Of a DNA stretch of 64,000 bases, positions 13,630-26,685 are shown in pieces. Source of the DNA: Octopus bimaculoides (lineage: Eukaryota); assembly GCF_001194135.2 (NCBI RefSeq), contig NC_068982.1, positions 47,420,495-47,484,494 on the forward strand. Reading direction: 5' to 3'. The first letter of the stretch is position 1. The number at the start of each line of letters is the position of its first letter. The notes under the pieces are model-generated. The model was not told the DNA's origin. It did no database searches and saw nothing but the letters and a program-made list of their open reading frames with translations. The position numbers and the translations under genes are program-made.

Positions 13630-16600
13630 AAACAACTTTTTCCATTGAGTTTTGATCCAATTCAATTGCCCAACAAACTATGCTATACATAGAACAGAAG
13701 GGAACAGTCGAGTTTGTTACCACATTGTGTTGAAATTTGTATATATATGGGTATGTTATTTTTGGTGAGAGTAACAAAACACAAAATCTCTTCTGCAATA
13801 TGATCAATTTTCAAAATAATCTGATCAGAAGTAAAGACACTACAAACATTTGAATAAACAATCACATTTTTTTAATATTTGTTCAATCATAACATGATTC
13901 AGCTTTTGACTTGTAAAAATCCCCAATGTTAAAAATTCAAGAGGTACAACATAAAAACTTGTGTTTTGATGGTGTAAAAACTGGTTGTCATTACAGATAA
14001 GCAATACTAAGAGAGACAGTGTAAATAAATGAATAATATTATGTCATTCTACAATTAATATATTCATATTAAGTTTTATTTATTTTACTATTCTGACATT
14101 ACATATGACAGTGTGATTCTCCCAGCAACATTTTCCTGTAATGAAAACAGTATATGAATACCTTCAAATATACTGGGATTTTTGTTATTTTGTATCTCAT
14201 ATGCAGTATGTTGTCTTTTAGAAATTTTTTATTTTACTATCAAGCTTCAATTACCAACTGGAGATTCCATAAGAATGAAACTAATTTCATCTAGCACCTA
14301 TTTTTCCTTTACGTTTCTGTTTTAAAGAATTGCTAATCTGTTTCTTGTATTGGAATCTTCAGTTTGTTGCATATAACTATATATATGCATTAATTATATT
14401 TAAATGTGTTGCTGGTTTTTTAAAGTGCACAGAAAAAAAAAAGAACTGCCTTTTTTCTTTTCTTTTAGCATTGGACATTTTATATATTTTCCTTATCATC
14501 ATGTCATTGAAATGTCAAGGAATTGTTATAATACAAACAATGCAACCGAAATGAAATCCAGTCAAAAGATGTCAAGCAGTCTTATTCAGTGTCAATATGT
14601 TAACTTACCAGTATGTGCTTGCTCAGCTGAATATATAGCAGCAGCAGCAATTTTAAAAGTTGCTTTTTCATGATATTTAAAACTTCAGAACTTATTCCTC
14701 AGAACAAATAGCATTCCATAAGATGAAATAAAAACCACCAAAGAAATTTCAAAATCTGTATTATCAGCGCTTATGTAAAAACTTTATGACAAAGCTGTTT
14801 AGTTAGGAAGCAATTTAGGTCAAGTTAAGCTATGTGCAGTGGCCATTTAATAATAAATTTGGAATGCATATACTAATATAGATTATGAGAAAATTTTAAA
14901 ATCGCTATCCAAGGAAATGCTGTCAGTAAACAAGACAAAAGCAGAATGGAGATAAAACGAGCTACATAAGCAGAAGTTTAAATTACTTTAGCTAATGTTT
15001 TTATACATTAATGTTATTAACAGATAGTTCAAAATGTCCAATATACGGTGTTAGAATTTATAAATAAACCAATCAACTGATTCAGATAGTATTTTAACTC
15101 TTTAGCATTCAGTTTACTATTCATTATTCTAAATGTCTATTGTATGCATAGCAGCTTAATTTACATGCACTAAAATCTTTTTTTTTTTTTTTTTACTCAA
15201 GTAAACAATACCCACCCAATGAATCTTATTTAATTTGCTTTTGTAATATTGCAGACCATTTGTGTTAACAATTACCAGTCCTTGCATAGATTTTATAATA
15301 CACCTGACTTGGCCTTTCATAAATAAGGCCAAGACATGAACTTTAACTGTTGTATCATCATCATCATCTCCAAGCTTAACCCTTTAGCATTCAGTTACAC
15401 TAATTTGAATTAAGCATGCAGTATTTCATACCTTCAAGATTTCAATGATTTGATTGTTTACTTTCAGAATGACATTGTAGGGTGAGTGTGAGAGGCCAGA
15501 TCTGGCCATAAAATTGGTAGAAAACTTGAGCCAGATATGACTGGTTTAAATGCTAAATATCACCCTTTTAGTTGTTTCTTGAAAGAATGATTCCATAATT
15601 TGTACTGTAGAAGAATCAGTAGTCTTTGTCTCAGAAGAGTTCAAAGATTATCAATGCTGGAAAATATTCAATTTCTGCAAACAATCTAATTGCTCAACCA
15701 AAGCAAACAAAGGTTACTTAAAATATGAATATTTAAAATTAAAACAGTAGGTAATGCTAAAATTGTTACATCTCCTGCATGCAGTAATGGTGTTGTCATA
15801 ACATACAAATTATGTGGAATGGTGAAATAAAGAGTTATATCTGAAAATGTTTCACAAAAACGAAATTGATTAAAACGAGCAAAACTTTTATCGAAACATT
15901 TATCTATACTGCCTTAGATTAAGAAATTGAATACTGGCAAACTAAGTATCGCATGATCAAATTCAGAAAAGACTAGAAGACAAAACATTAAAAATACTGC
16001 TTTATATTAATATGCACGCGTGCATGCATATAAACATGTATAAAGATCTTCAATGGTTTTGCCAATGAAAGTTTGCTCAATCAATAGCTCATTGAAACAT
16101 GTAACTTTTGAATTACATGTACAACCAATCCAACAAGCTTCTACAGTTTCCATCTACCCAATTTCACTCGCAAGCCCTGGGACAACCCAAGACGATGATA
16201 AAATACGTTTATAAACAATAACATCATAGGAATCTTGAAGCTGACATAACGCATGATTAACTCAAAACAATGTAGATAAATAAAAAGTATCAGATTTGAC
16301 AGAATAATCTGAATGCCAAAGGGTTAAACCAGTCAGATCTGGCTTCTCACACCTACCTTACAATGTCATTCTAAAAATAAACAAGCACTTCATTGAAATC
16401 TCAAAGCTATGAGACTGTGCGTGATTAATTCAAAACAAGGTGAATAAATATGCCAATACATTTGATGAAGAAACCTGAATGCTAAAGAATTAAATGATTA
16501 AGTCCTTTCTGATGGTTACTTTTGAAGGCTACCCTATGTAAACCCACCTAACAGAGATCTACAATCAAAGTATTGCAACCTTGACCGTTCTGTCCTCCTC

Positions 16601-19600
16601 TCACGTATTGCATATGTTGGGTACATTATAATTATTCAATGTAACGTTTTTCAATTAAGATAGTAAAGTATAATTTGAGACAGAAAAGGCTGCTAATTCT
16701 AGTAAACTGAGTAATCACTAAGAGGCTTTCCCCCTACAATACAGTCTAACTTTAAAAAAAAATAAACCCTATAATATTGAACCTTAATCTATTTGCCTTA
16801 GCTAATACTACATGATAAACCAAGGATTAGCAGATTTTTTTTTTTTTTTGCCTGTTTAACAATCCAACTGAAGAATTAATTGTTCACATTAAATCTATCA
16901 TTACTAGCTGCATTCTTGCTCATACCTAACATCTATACATTTTTGTACTGTCCAGATTTCCCTTCATATAATACATCTTACTAATGAATTGCACAACTGC
17001 CTTAGCTTGGGAGATTAATTGCAGCAGATAAGCTCTCACAAATTACTCTGACTAAAATTATTAGCACTAAAGTAGTCACTTGCACTTGAAATAATACTTA
17101 CGAGGCCATATAATTAACAAACTATTTCAAGCTAATAGTATTCAAGTATATTTGTATATGCAATACAAATATACATAGACATGTAGGACAGTGTTAGGAT
17201 TGCTTTTTAACACCTTCAATCTCATGTAGAATGCTTCTAACCTGACCAAAATAACTGAAATTGTAACTTTCCCATACCAGTTCCCTTTTTGTAATTTTTG
17301 TTTTACTTAAATTATTCAAAAAACAACTACTTCGTGATCTTGGGAATCACTCCTTGTTTAGCTAGGCTATAAAAACCAAGTTTCATCCAAGATATACCTT
17401 TGTATGCATTTTCCAAAATTAGATCTTGTTCAAAATGTTCAGATTGGCAAATGTTATACCTGCAGGTTGCTTAGTTTTTGGTCTGGTACAACAAGACAAT
17501 TCTCTTCATTGTGAAATGTGGCATCGATATTGGGTAGTAACACTGAAGTAGATAGGCCAAACTCATCCACAGAAATGGGGCTTGAGTGAAATAAACCTAA
17601 GCGATAATCTGCCTCATATGGAAACTGCAGGAGCTACTCTGGTTTTACAAGTTCTAAATCCGTCACGAAGTTAGAAACTCTTCCATATCATCAGTAGGCA
17701 TCTCAGGGTCATGAGTGTTTCATTCCTTAGCCTGTACACTTTGCTTGAGTGGAACAGTAAGGACTGAACCATTAATCTTCACCAGCAGAAGGGTTCCACT
17801 TATGGTCTCATCAACCATAGCTGGTTTTAGCAGCCATGCCTATCTCTTTAGTGGCTTTCTTCAGTTGTTTGAACTTAAGACCTACCTTCTGGAAGAAACA
17901 GCACACCAATAAGGAATGAGTTTACATTAGTTATATAAAATGGAAATCCTGATCAAATTAACTATTGTAAAACAATACTTAACAGTCTGCCAAACAATCA
18001 GCAACATACTGATGCTTACATTTTATAAAGGTTAATTTTTTATGAGTAACAATGCCATATTATTTGTAAATGGGGAAAGTTCACAGCTGAAATGCAAACA
18101 ACCTTCAACTTTTTTTTTTCTTCTTTTGAAGCTCTAAGTTAAAAGTGTTGATAACTTTTAGTTCACTGAAACATCAATATTTTATTAACATGTTGAAAAA
18201 GAGAAAAGAAACAAATACAAAATTTTGAAGTCTAACAATAAGCAATTTAACTCTACGTTGTAGATACTCTAAAGTATTCAGGACACAAAAGTCACGTGTT
18301 GATTAATATTTATGTAACATATATCAATTTCAAAGATCTCATTTATAATTGATACACTAATTCTTTCAATAAACTTTTTTTTTCTTCAGGATATTTACGT
18401 AGTATCAAGACTGAAAAGACATATTTGAAGTAACCTTAATCTATTTGCAGCAAGTGAACAAGACTACAACATGACTTCTTAAACTATATAAGATGGCAGC
18501 CAAATCTCCCTTAATTCACATTGGATGATGTAGCCCCAAATACAATGATAAAAGAACAAGAGAAAGTTGGGACAATGAGAAAAAAAACAACAAAAAACTC
18601 AAGTAATCACAACCTTTTGACTGAGATAATGAAAGATCTACAAAGAAATAGCAGGCAAATCTTATCCAAACTGCATCCTCTCATCTTTAAAAAAACACTG
18701 CATTTTCTAGCATACAAGTAGAATTTTTCTGATCAAAGTTTACAGCCAAAAAAGATAGGTCAACTTATTATACACCAAGACAATTTTGGAGGACCAAAAA
18801 CTGCATGTGAAATGCAGCAGGTTTTGGAAAAGATAGTGATGATGTACGCTACATTGATTTGAATACAGGAAAATAAGGTAAACAGGAATTAAAAACTATG
18901 AACAATACAGTCTTGTACACAATGTGGTTGAAAATAAACTGGAACATCTTAGATCAGTCTGCCCAATCAAGCTGAGCTTGGGTAAAATACTACAAGAGGA
19001 AATTTAAGCCAATATAGGTTTATAATCTAGAACTGTACCAGGTGCTGTTAAATGTTAACCATAGCTTGAGCCATTGGTAGACGTAGACGAATCTTGCCTG
19101 AGGCTAGTTGGTTTGTTGCCATTCAGTTTATGATTTATTGGAAATCAAATGAGAGAGAAAGAGGGTTTTTATCTTTTTCTTGTTTGTTGTTTTGTTTTAA
19201 CCATCTTGCCGATGCATTCGGAAATATCTAGAATAATCTCACACAAGCCGTTTATTCATTGATAATCAATACTTCATAGAAAGAAAAAGTGGAATAGCAG
19301 AAATAGTGCAGTGCTGCACTAACTTGGAGTTTGAATCATGCCAGTCCTAACAGTGTCAGGCATATAATGAAATGGATTCAATCAACAGTACTCACATCAA
19401 GTAAATCTGTAGCTTTCGTCATGAGAAATTACTTTGCATAAAATATCATCTGCTTTAAATTTCTGTTAAGAATTTAAACAGTGGTTTAGATGTAGGTGTG
19501 GCGGTGTGGTAAGAAGTGTGCTTCCCAACCACATCATTCTAGGTTCAGTTCCAGTGCATGGTGCCTTGGGCAAATAGCTATTACTACAGCATCAGACCAA

Positions 19601-22600
19601 CCGAAGCCTTAAGGGGATCTGATAAATAACTGGAAGAAGCTTGCCACGTGTGTGCATGTGAGTGAACATAAGCACACCTTTGACACTAGTCTGATGAAGT
19701 GTCATTCTAATGTTTAAAACTAAATATTGCATAAATTTTCACTTCAAATTTTTACATAAACTGGTGTTGCAAGCAGCAGTGTCGGTACAGAAACAATTGT
19801 AACTGATCATTATAGATGTGCTAAAGTATTTTTTTGCTTCATTATTTACACACGCGCATGCATGCATGCATACATACATACATATCTGTGTGTGTCTCCC
19901 TGCCTTGATATCACATGACAGTTGTAAAATGAGTGTAGCTATCATGCAAGCAGCATCATTCATTCGCAATATTCTGCAAAACCGTCTGGCCACAGGGAAA
20001 TATTACCTTACTTAGAAACGGATGAGGACTGGCAACACAAAGGGCATCCGGCCATAAAAAATCTGCTTCAATAAACACTACCTGACCCATGCAAGCATGA
20101 AAAATGGATGTTAAATTGATAATGATAGTTACTACAGCAGTGACATACATGTAAAATATCAAAATAAACTAGATTTCTAAGTATTTATGACAAATTTGAT
20201 ATTCTCCTAAACATTCAAATAAAATTCCTTCCTATCCTAACAAATATTTTACTTATAATTTAGTGTGAATTAAGTTTTTTTTTAATGATTACCACGTGAT
20301 ATACCTTCTGGTTTAGGGCAAATAGAGATATATTCTCTACTTTTAAAGACAGAACTAATCAGGTTGGAAATGGAAATAAAATCACAGTGGTTTCCAAAGC
20401 AAAAGTTTACTCATTACAACAGTGCTCAGATACATTTTAATCTGTGTTATGCAATGGAAATGGAAAAAAATTTACAGGAACAACTTACCCCAGAGTTATT
20501 CTGAAATTTGATATTTGCTTTACGATGTACATCCTGAAAAATAAAGGAAAAGAAAAATATTAAAGAACTGTCGGTGTGTGTGTTTATGTATACATATATA
20601 GACACTGACATACATATTAAATTGTAACACTAAATGATTAAGATTTTAAATATAAATTATGAGGTATAACCAGGACAGAAAATGAGAACAGATCCTCCCA
20701 CAAGAGTTGATCATGAATCTGTTGCATACCAAGCAACTGCACTGCCAATTACTCAAATCATTACCATATAAACAAATAGTATTCCACAGTGTTGAGGAGG
20801 CCTATCAGCAGGTGGTTAAATAACTATGAAATTATCTGCAATCTACATGTGATAGGAGGTGAGAGTGCTGTTAGTCTTACAAGGACAGGATCGCTTTGGT
20901 GCAATTGCCAATGCGGCAGCTTGATATGGTTTAAGTTCCATAGCAGAAATTGCTTGTTTCAGCCCTGAGTGTGCATACAGATGTGTGTGAATGCGTGTGT
21001 CTGCATAAATACACAATTAAGATGACCTTAATTAGAAGCTGGAAAGTAATTAAAATTTACTTGTTATAGTAAACATACATTAATTGTCTGAAGTTAATTC
21101 AAATGAAATATTTTAATTCCACTATTTATAATCACGATAAGATTAAGTTCCATCTGGATATGAGCTTGGTAGCACTGAAGCTACATCTATATGGATCACA
21201 TTTCATGTTTTTACAGGAAGAAAGGTAAACATAATAGTATAAAAGATTGAATTATTGAGGTAGGGGAACCAACCCAGAATTACTCCAAGAAAAGAAAAAG
21301 AAAGGGGGGATTAAGCAGCAAAAGATGGGAGGGGAGCAGTTCATGCACCCCAAACCAAATCATACATTCAGCAGAGCCTCTCACACACACACACACACAC
21401 ACACAATTACAAAATGTTGCCACAGAGAATGGCCAGTGACACTTGCTGCAACAGCCACCCTATCACGTGGGGCTTATTTCTGAAGCAAAGCTACAATTTG
21501 AATGGTCATACAAAATACTACTCGGATATTCTCTATCCAACACTGTTTACAACCCACTTCACACCACATTAGCACCAAAATACATTGGGCCTTACACAGG
21601 TGTCCAATAACACCTTTAGATTAAGATTTTCAGTTTCTGTAGCTATTGATTGATTTTACTAGCTTTTCTCTAACGTATGTTATTTTTAAATATTATTTGC
21701 TCCCATGTTACAAAATGTTTTAAAAATAAAAAAGATGCTTAATGACTTGGTTTTGTTGCAATAAATATGAAAACTAGTATACAAGCAATAAAAACAAGAA
21801 ATATTTTAAGGGGCTTAGAAAATACAAGAATAACCCCCCCCCCCATTTTTTTGTTGTGAACCTATCTAAATACTAAACTTCTTATTTGTTTCCATATGTA
21901 AGTGCATACTTTTAAAAACCATAAACCGACATGGTCTAGTTTCCAGCAATCTATAGCAAAATCTTTATGAAACATTTGTGAATATCAGCTTTGTAAGCAA
22001 AGTCAAATATAATGCTGCATAACTAACATTAACTGTGAAATTGATAATTTGCAGCAGCTGTGGTTGATATTAGTGACAGCTCAAAAAAAAAAACATGTAC
22101 CAAACCTACAGACCACTCCTCATTGGCTTGTGTCAATGAGTAGACAGCACCAACCACAGAAAGAGAATGCATAGGCATGTATAAAGGTATATATAAATTA
22201 CCCTATGATTTTAGAAACTGTATGGGTGAACTTGGTAGTTATGAAGAACCTACAATGCCAGTTGGTAATGACATGGCACAAGCTTCAAGAGAATAATCTC
22301 CCTGCAGTATCAGGTTATGAAAAAAATACAACATACAAGTACACATGTGATGTTCTAATAACAGGATTGTTAAAGAAATTAAATTTGGCACACTGAGTTA
22401 AAACGTTTGCCATCACTGGTCTACTAATAATAAAACAACAAAAACAATGGCAAAAAGCAGAAATATTTATGCCTGAAGTGATACTAATGAGAGAGAGAGA
22501 GAGATAGATAGAGAGAAAGAGAAAGAGAGAAAGAGAGAGAGAGATATGGGTACAGAAGTAACTGTGTGGTATGAAGCTTGCTTCTCAACCACATGGTTCT

Positions 22601-25600
22601 GGGTTCAGTCCCACTGCATTACATCTTGGGCAAGTGACTTCTACTATAGCCTCCTTTGCACTAATGAACTGAATGTGATATGGAGATCCTGTGACACACA
22701 ATAGTGACTAGCATATTTGTATTTGAATCTGTCAAGATGTATTAAGACTAAATATGCAAATCATCATTTCACATCCCTCAATACATGGTGCAAATAGTGT
22801 TTTTAAATTATAGGTTGTTGATCTCCATTTAGAACTATATTAAATCACATTATGAAAGAATACCAGGATAGAATATTTAAAATATAATTTGAAAGAACAC
22901 TGACATGGAATATTTCAAGGATATTGTCAAAGAACATTGAAATATTTATGGGACAGTTTGAAACAGTGAGAAACTATTAAAGATGATGTGTTGGGAATGA
23001 TATTTAATTGATATTCTCAAAGAACACTGAAATGAAACACGTAAAGAATATCTTGAAAGAATGCAGGGAGAGTATTTAAAGAATATTTTAAAAGCCAAAT
23101 AAAAAAGTTCAAGAAACTGAAAAATGCACGTTAATGCAAACGAGCTATTATATTTAAGTATACACTAGAAAGTATATACATGAAAAAGGAATGAGAGCTA
23201 TTGCATTTATGGTGTAGATCCAAAAAATGAGCTAGCCTAGAAGTTGTGATATGTGTTGGAATGAAATGCTCCATGTATTTTCCCTTGCTAGTGTGATGGG
23301 TAGAGGGGTTGACAGGCAGCTATGAGCAAGAGTGTAAAAGGAAACAGATAGAATGGCAACAGTGTAGTATGAAAACGATTCCAATTACTTAACAGTTATG
23401 TGATTGTAGATTTGTAATATGTGCCACCACATGAGCAAGGACAGATAAATTAATATAAGAGATGCATTATTTGGCAAGGTAAACTGACAGGTATAAGAGG
23501 AACTTGGTTTTCTAAATCTGATAATGGATAAGATCTTTAGTCAACAGCATCCTGCCAGAATTTAAATATAAACTGATGATTTTGTTAGTCACCAATACTA
23601 AAACTATTTGGGTTAAAAAAAAAAGTTTGCTTTCTTCGTAGGTAGAAATTAAATCTTTTTCATATAAATCAGTAGCTTCAAATTCAACTTCAAAATTAAG
23701 AACTCTCGTATTATTCAATTCTACAATAAGATACTATGTAGCAATCAAAGATAAATAAAACAATTTAATCAAGTTGTTCACATACAATTTTAACAGAAGT
23801 TTATGCAAACAAAATATATCTCACATTTCTGAGGTCAAAGTCTGATAGTGAATTGGCTTTCCTCATCTCAAGTGTTAATAATGAGGGGTTGGGGTTCCCC
23901 TCATATATCTAAATAAGTATTAACTATTAAAAAAAAATGAGAAGATTCCTTTGTTGGTTACATCTGTTTTTCCATGATAACACAGATGAATACTTATTAA
24001 AATATAGCTTCATGGCTGGATGTTTTCCCTGTCACTAAGTGAGGAAGATTTTCATCCCACTCTTCTTAAAAAGAGTAGAACTAAAGAAGTGGTTGATTAG
24101 GAAATAGTGACAAATGACAGAGTCTATAGTTCAGCTTAGTGCAGAATGCAGAGTCATGCTGACACATATGCAAGCATCTATTTGTGTGTGTATGTGTACG
24201 GCAAACTGCATAGTTTCTATCAACCAAATTCCATCACAAGTTAACCCAGGGTGATACAAGTCCTTTGCCTAAGATGCCACACAATAAAGCCTGAACGTGA
24301 AACGACATGATTGCAAAAGGAGTTAACCATAGTCATGCCTGCATGTATACATTACTACTTAACTCTTGTTATGTAACATCCTCTTAAAAGTTCCATGATG
24401 ATTGTTACACAATGGGACCTTACATTAGAGAGCTCCTCACTACCTTCAAAATGAATGTAAACAAGGTTGTGACTTGACCCTTAAGATACCAACCTCTGGC
24501 TCTGTCCTACAAATGTCTTGTTTTCAAAAGTTCTGAATTAAAATCTTCCAAACCTTAGTCACAACTTTTTTACACTACTGTTCGCTTTTACCACCAATTT
24601 ATGATCTTAGAAATCCAGCTACAGCCATTAAACTTACACACACCCAATCATGCCAAAAAAAATAGTAATGTGTTTGTATATGGGTGATTGGATGTAGAAA
24701 TTTTACTTAGAAGTAATTACTATTATTAACAATCAAAACTGTCCAAATTTTCTCCCTTTTTCTTTTTAAGTTTCCAACTATATAATTTAACATCTAACAA
24801 CTAATTTATTGAAATTTAATACCCTCTGTATATTTTACTCCTCATTTAAATATGGCATAATTTGAGTTCATTTGTGACAAAAAAAGAAATCCAAATGCTT
24901 CAAACTTATTTATATTATACATATATTTTGTCTACTAACACAGGTGACTAGATTTTGACGTCTACGATAGTTGAGAGAGAGAGAGAGAACTTTAATGAAA
25001 CTTGAAACTTGCTTTAATACCAAGCAGCTACTTTTATCTCAAATTGTTTAACATTCTATCAGCTTTTCGATATGAAATTGCGTCTTGAAAGCTATCAAGT
25101 TATAAAATCTACACTTAAATAATATCTTTTGATACACAAAATATTAGCATACATACATAATCAGGTCAAACCTATTACTGACATTTACAGTAATATGAAC
25201 TGTAAGCAAGAACATATTCTAATGAATGCAAGTATGAAGAACAGCTGAAATCTTAAAAGCTAACTGTCAACTATTGCATCAACATGTCAGTTTTATATCT
25301 TTTTATCAACTTCACCAAATGAGAATTTATTGGATAACCAATTTTGTTGGCAGTGAAATCTTGCTATGATAAAAATCTAGACAAAGTAAATGACCTGGTA
25401 ATGACAGTAGTTTTTATTCAGTCCAGGTCAGCTCTGTTTGTGTAGACTTATAAAAAAAGGTACACCAGCAATAACCATTGTCTTTCACAGAGTTTCTAGA
25501 ACTACATTACCCAACGTGTCCCTCTATCCTTAACTCTTGACACAAACCTGCATAAGACCAGTTTCTATGCTTATACACGTTTAATTTTTATTTATTTATT

Positions 25601-26654
25601 CATGTTTATATCTACTTTTTTTCATTTCTTTCTGATATCTATTTAATTTATACCAAAACAAAGAAATGAAAGTAAGTAGATATAAACAAATGAATAAATA
25701 AATAAAAGTAAATTAAACGAACATGTATAAACAAGGGATACTGATAATGCAGGCACCATACACATTCCCACACATTCACAGAGATATATACATGTGCAAA
25801 TAAAGACACATACAACAGGAATACAAAATGGCAGATCGTTAGTAAAGAGAGACAAAAAAAAAAAAAAGCAAAGGACCACTGATGAGGTCACAGGAGTGTG
25901 ATGAAAGAACTCTGGCTGAAATAAGATTGATATAAAATAAATCTGAAGCAAGTGAACACCAAATATATAGTGCATGTGTTTTCATTGGCTAAACTGACAA
26001 CATGACCATCCCCAAATACAACAATACTAAATAAACTACAATACATATAATGTATAATACATTAGCTTGCTGATTATTCCAAAAGATTACAAATCTTTGC
26101 CAGCCTTATGTGTGGCATCTTTCAGTTTACACAATAAAAACACATTGATGTCTACTTGCATTGTCAAAAAAACAAACAAATGTAGCCATGGCATGGTCAT
26201 TCAGCCTGCCTAAAACAGGAACCAACTCCTTTAAATTACCGTATTCTCAAAGGGGGAAAAAAACACAGTGGATAACGTGATGGTCAAGAGCACTGACCCA
26301 AGGTATATTACACCCAGGAATATGTGATGGTCATAATTGGAATGCTGTTATAGGAACAAATAATTTCCAGTGTACAACAGCAACTGTGCTAAATTCATAC
26401 TCAACACAGCTGTCCAAACTGAGTAAAAACAAAAAACAAAAAAAAAACACAGTAATAACTACACTAAGCAACACTAGCAAACAGAACTGTTAACCCTACA
26501 ATGCCCATTGTTAATAAGTATTGGTGTTTCAAATACTATGCTTTTGTGGAAAGAAAACATCAAAACCGAAAGCTTGGACAGGCTCCAAGAATTCATTACA
26601 TTAAATACCATAGCATGTAAGCAATATCTGGCAATTTGTTGCACAATTGATACA

Positions 26655-26685
<31 letters not shown>

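Noticed and set aside
17460-17888. A-to-I recoding of stop codons to read through the cassette
   Set aside because: There are nine in-frame stops including TAA codons; editing all of them is implausible.
22870-23095. Loosely repeated aaagaacactga/gaatattt motifs
   Set aside because: No consistent period or spacer structure; probably an old decayed tandem repeat.
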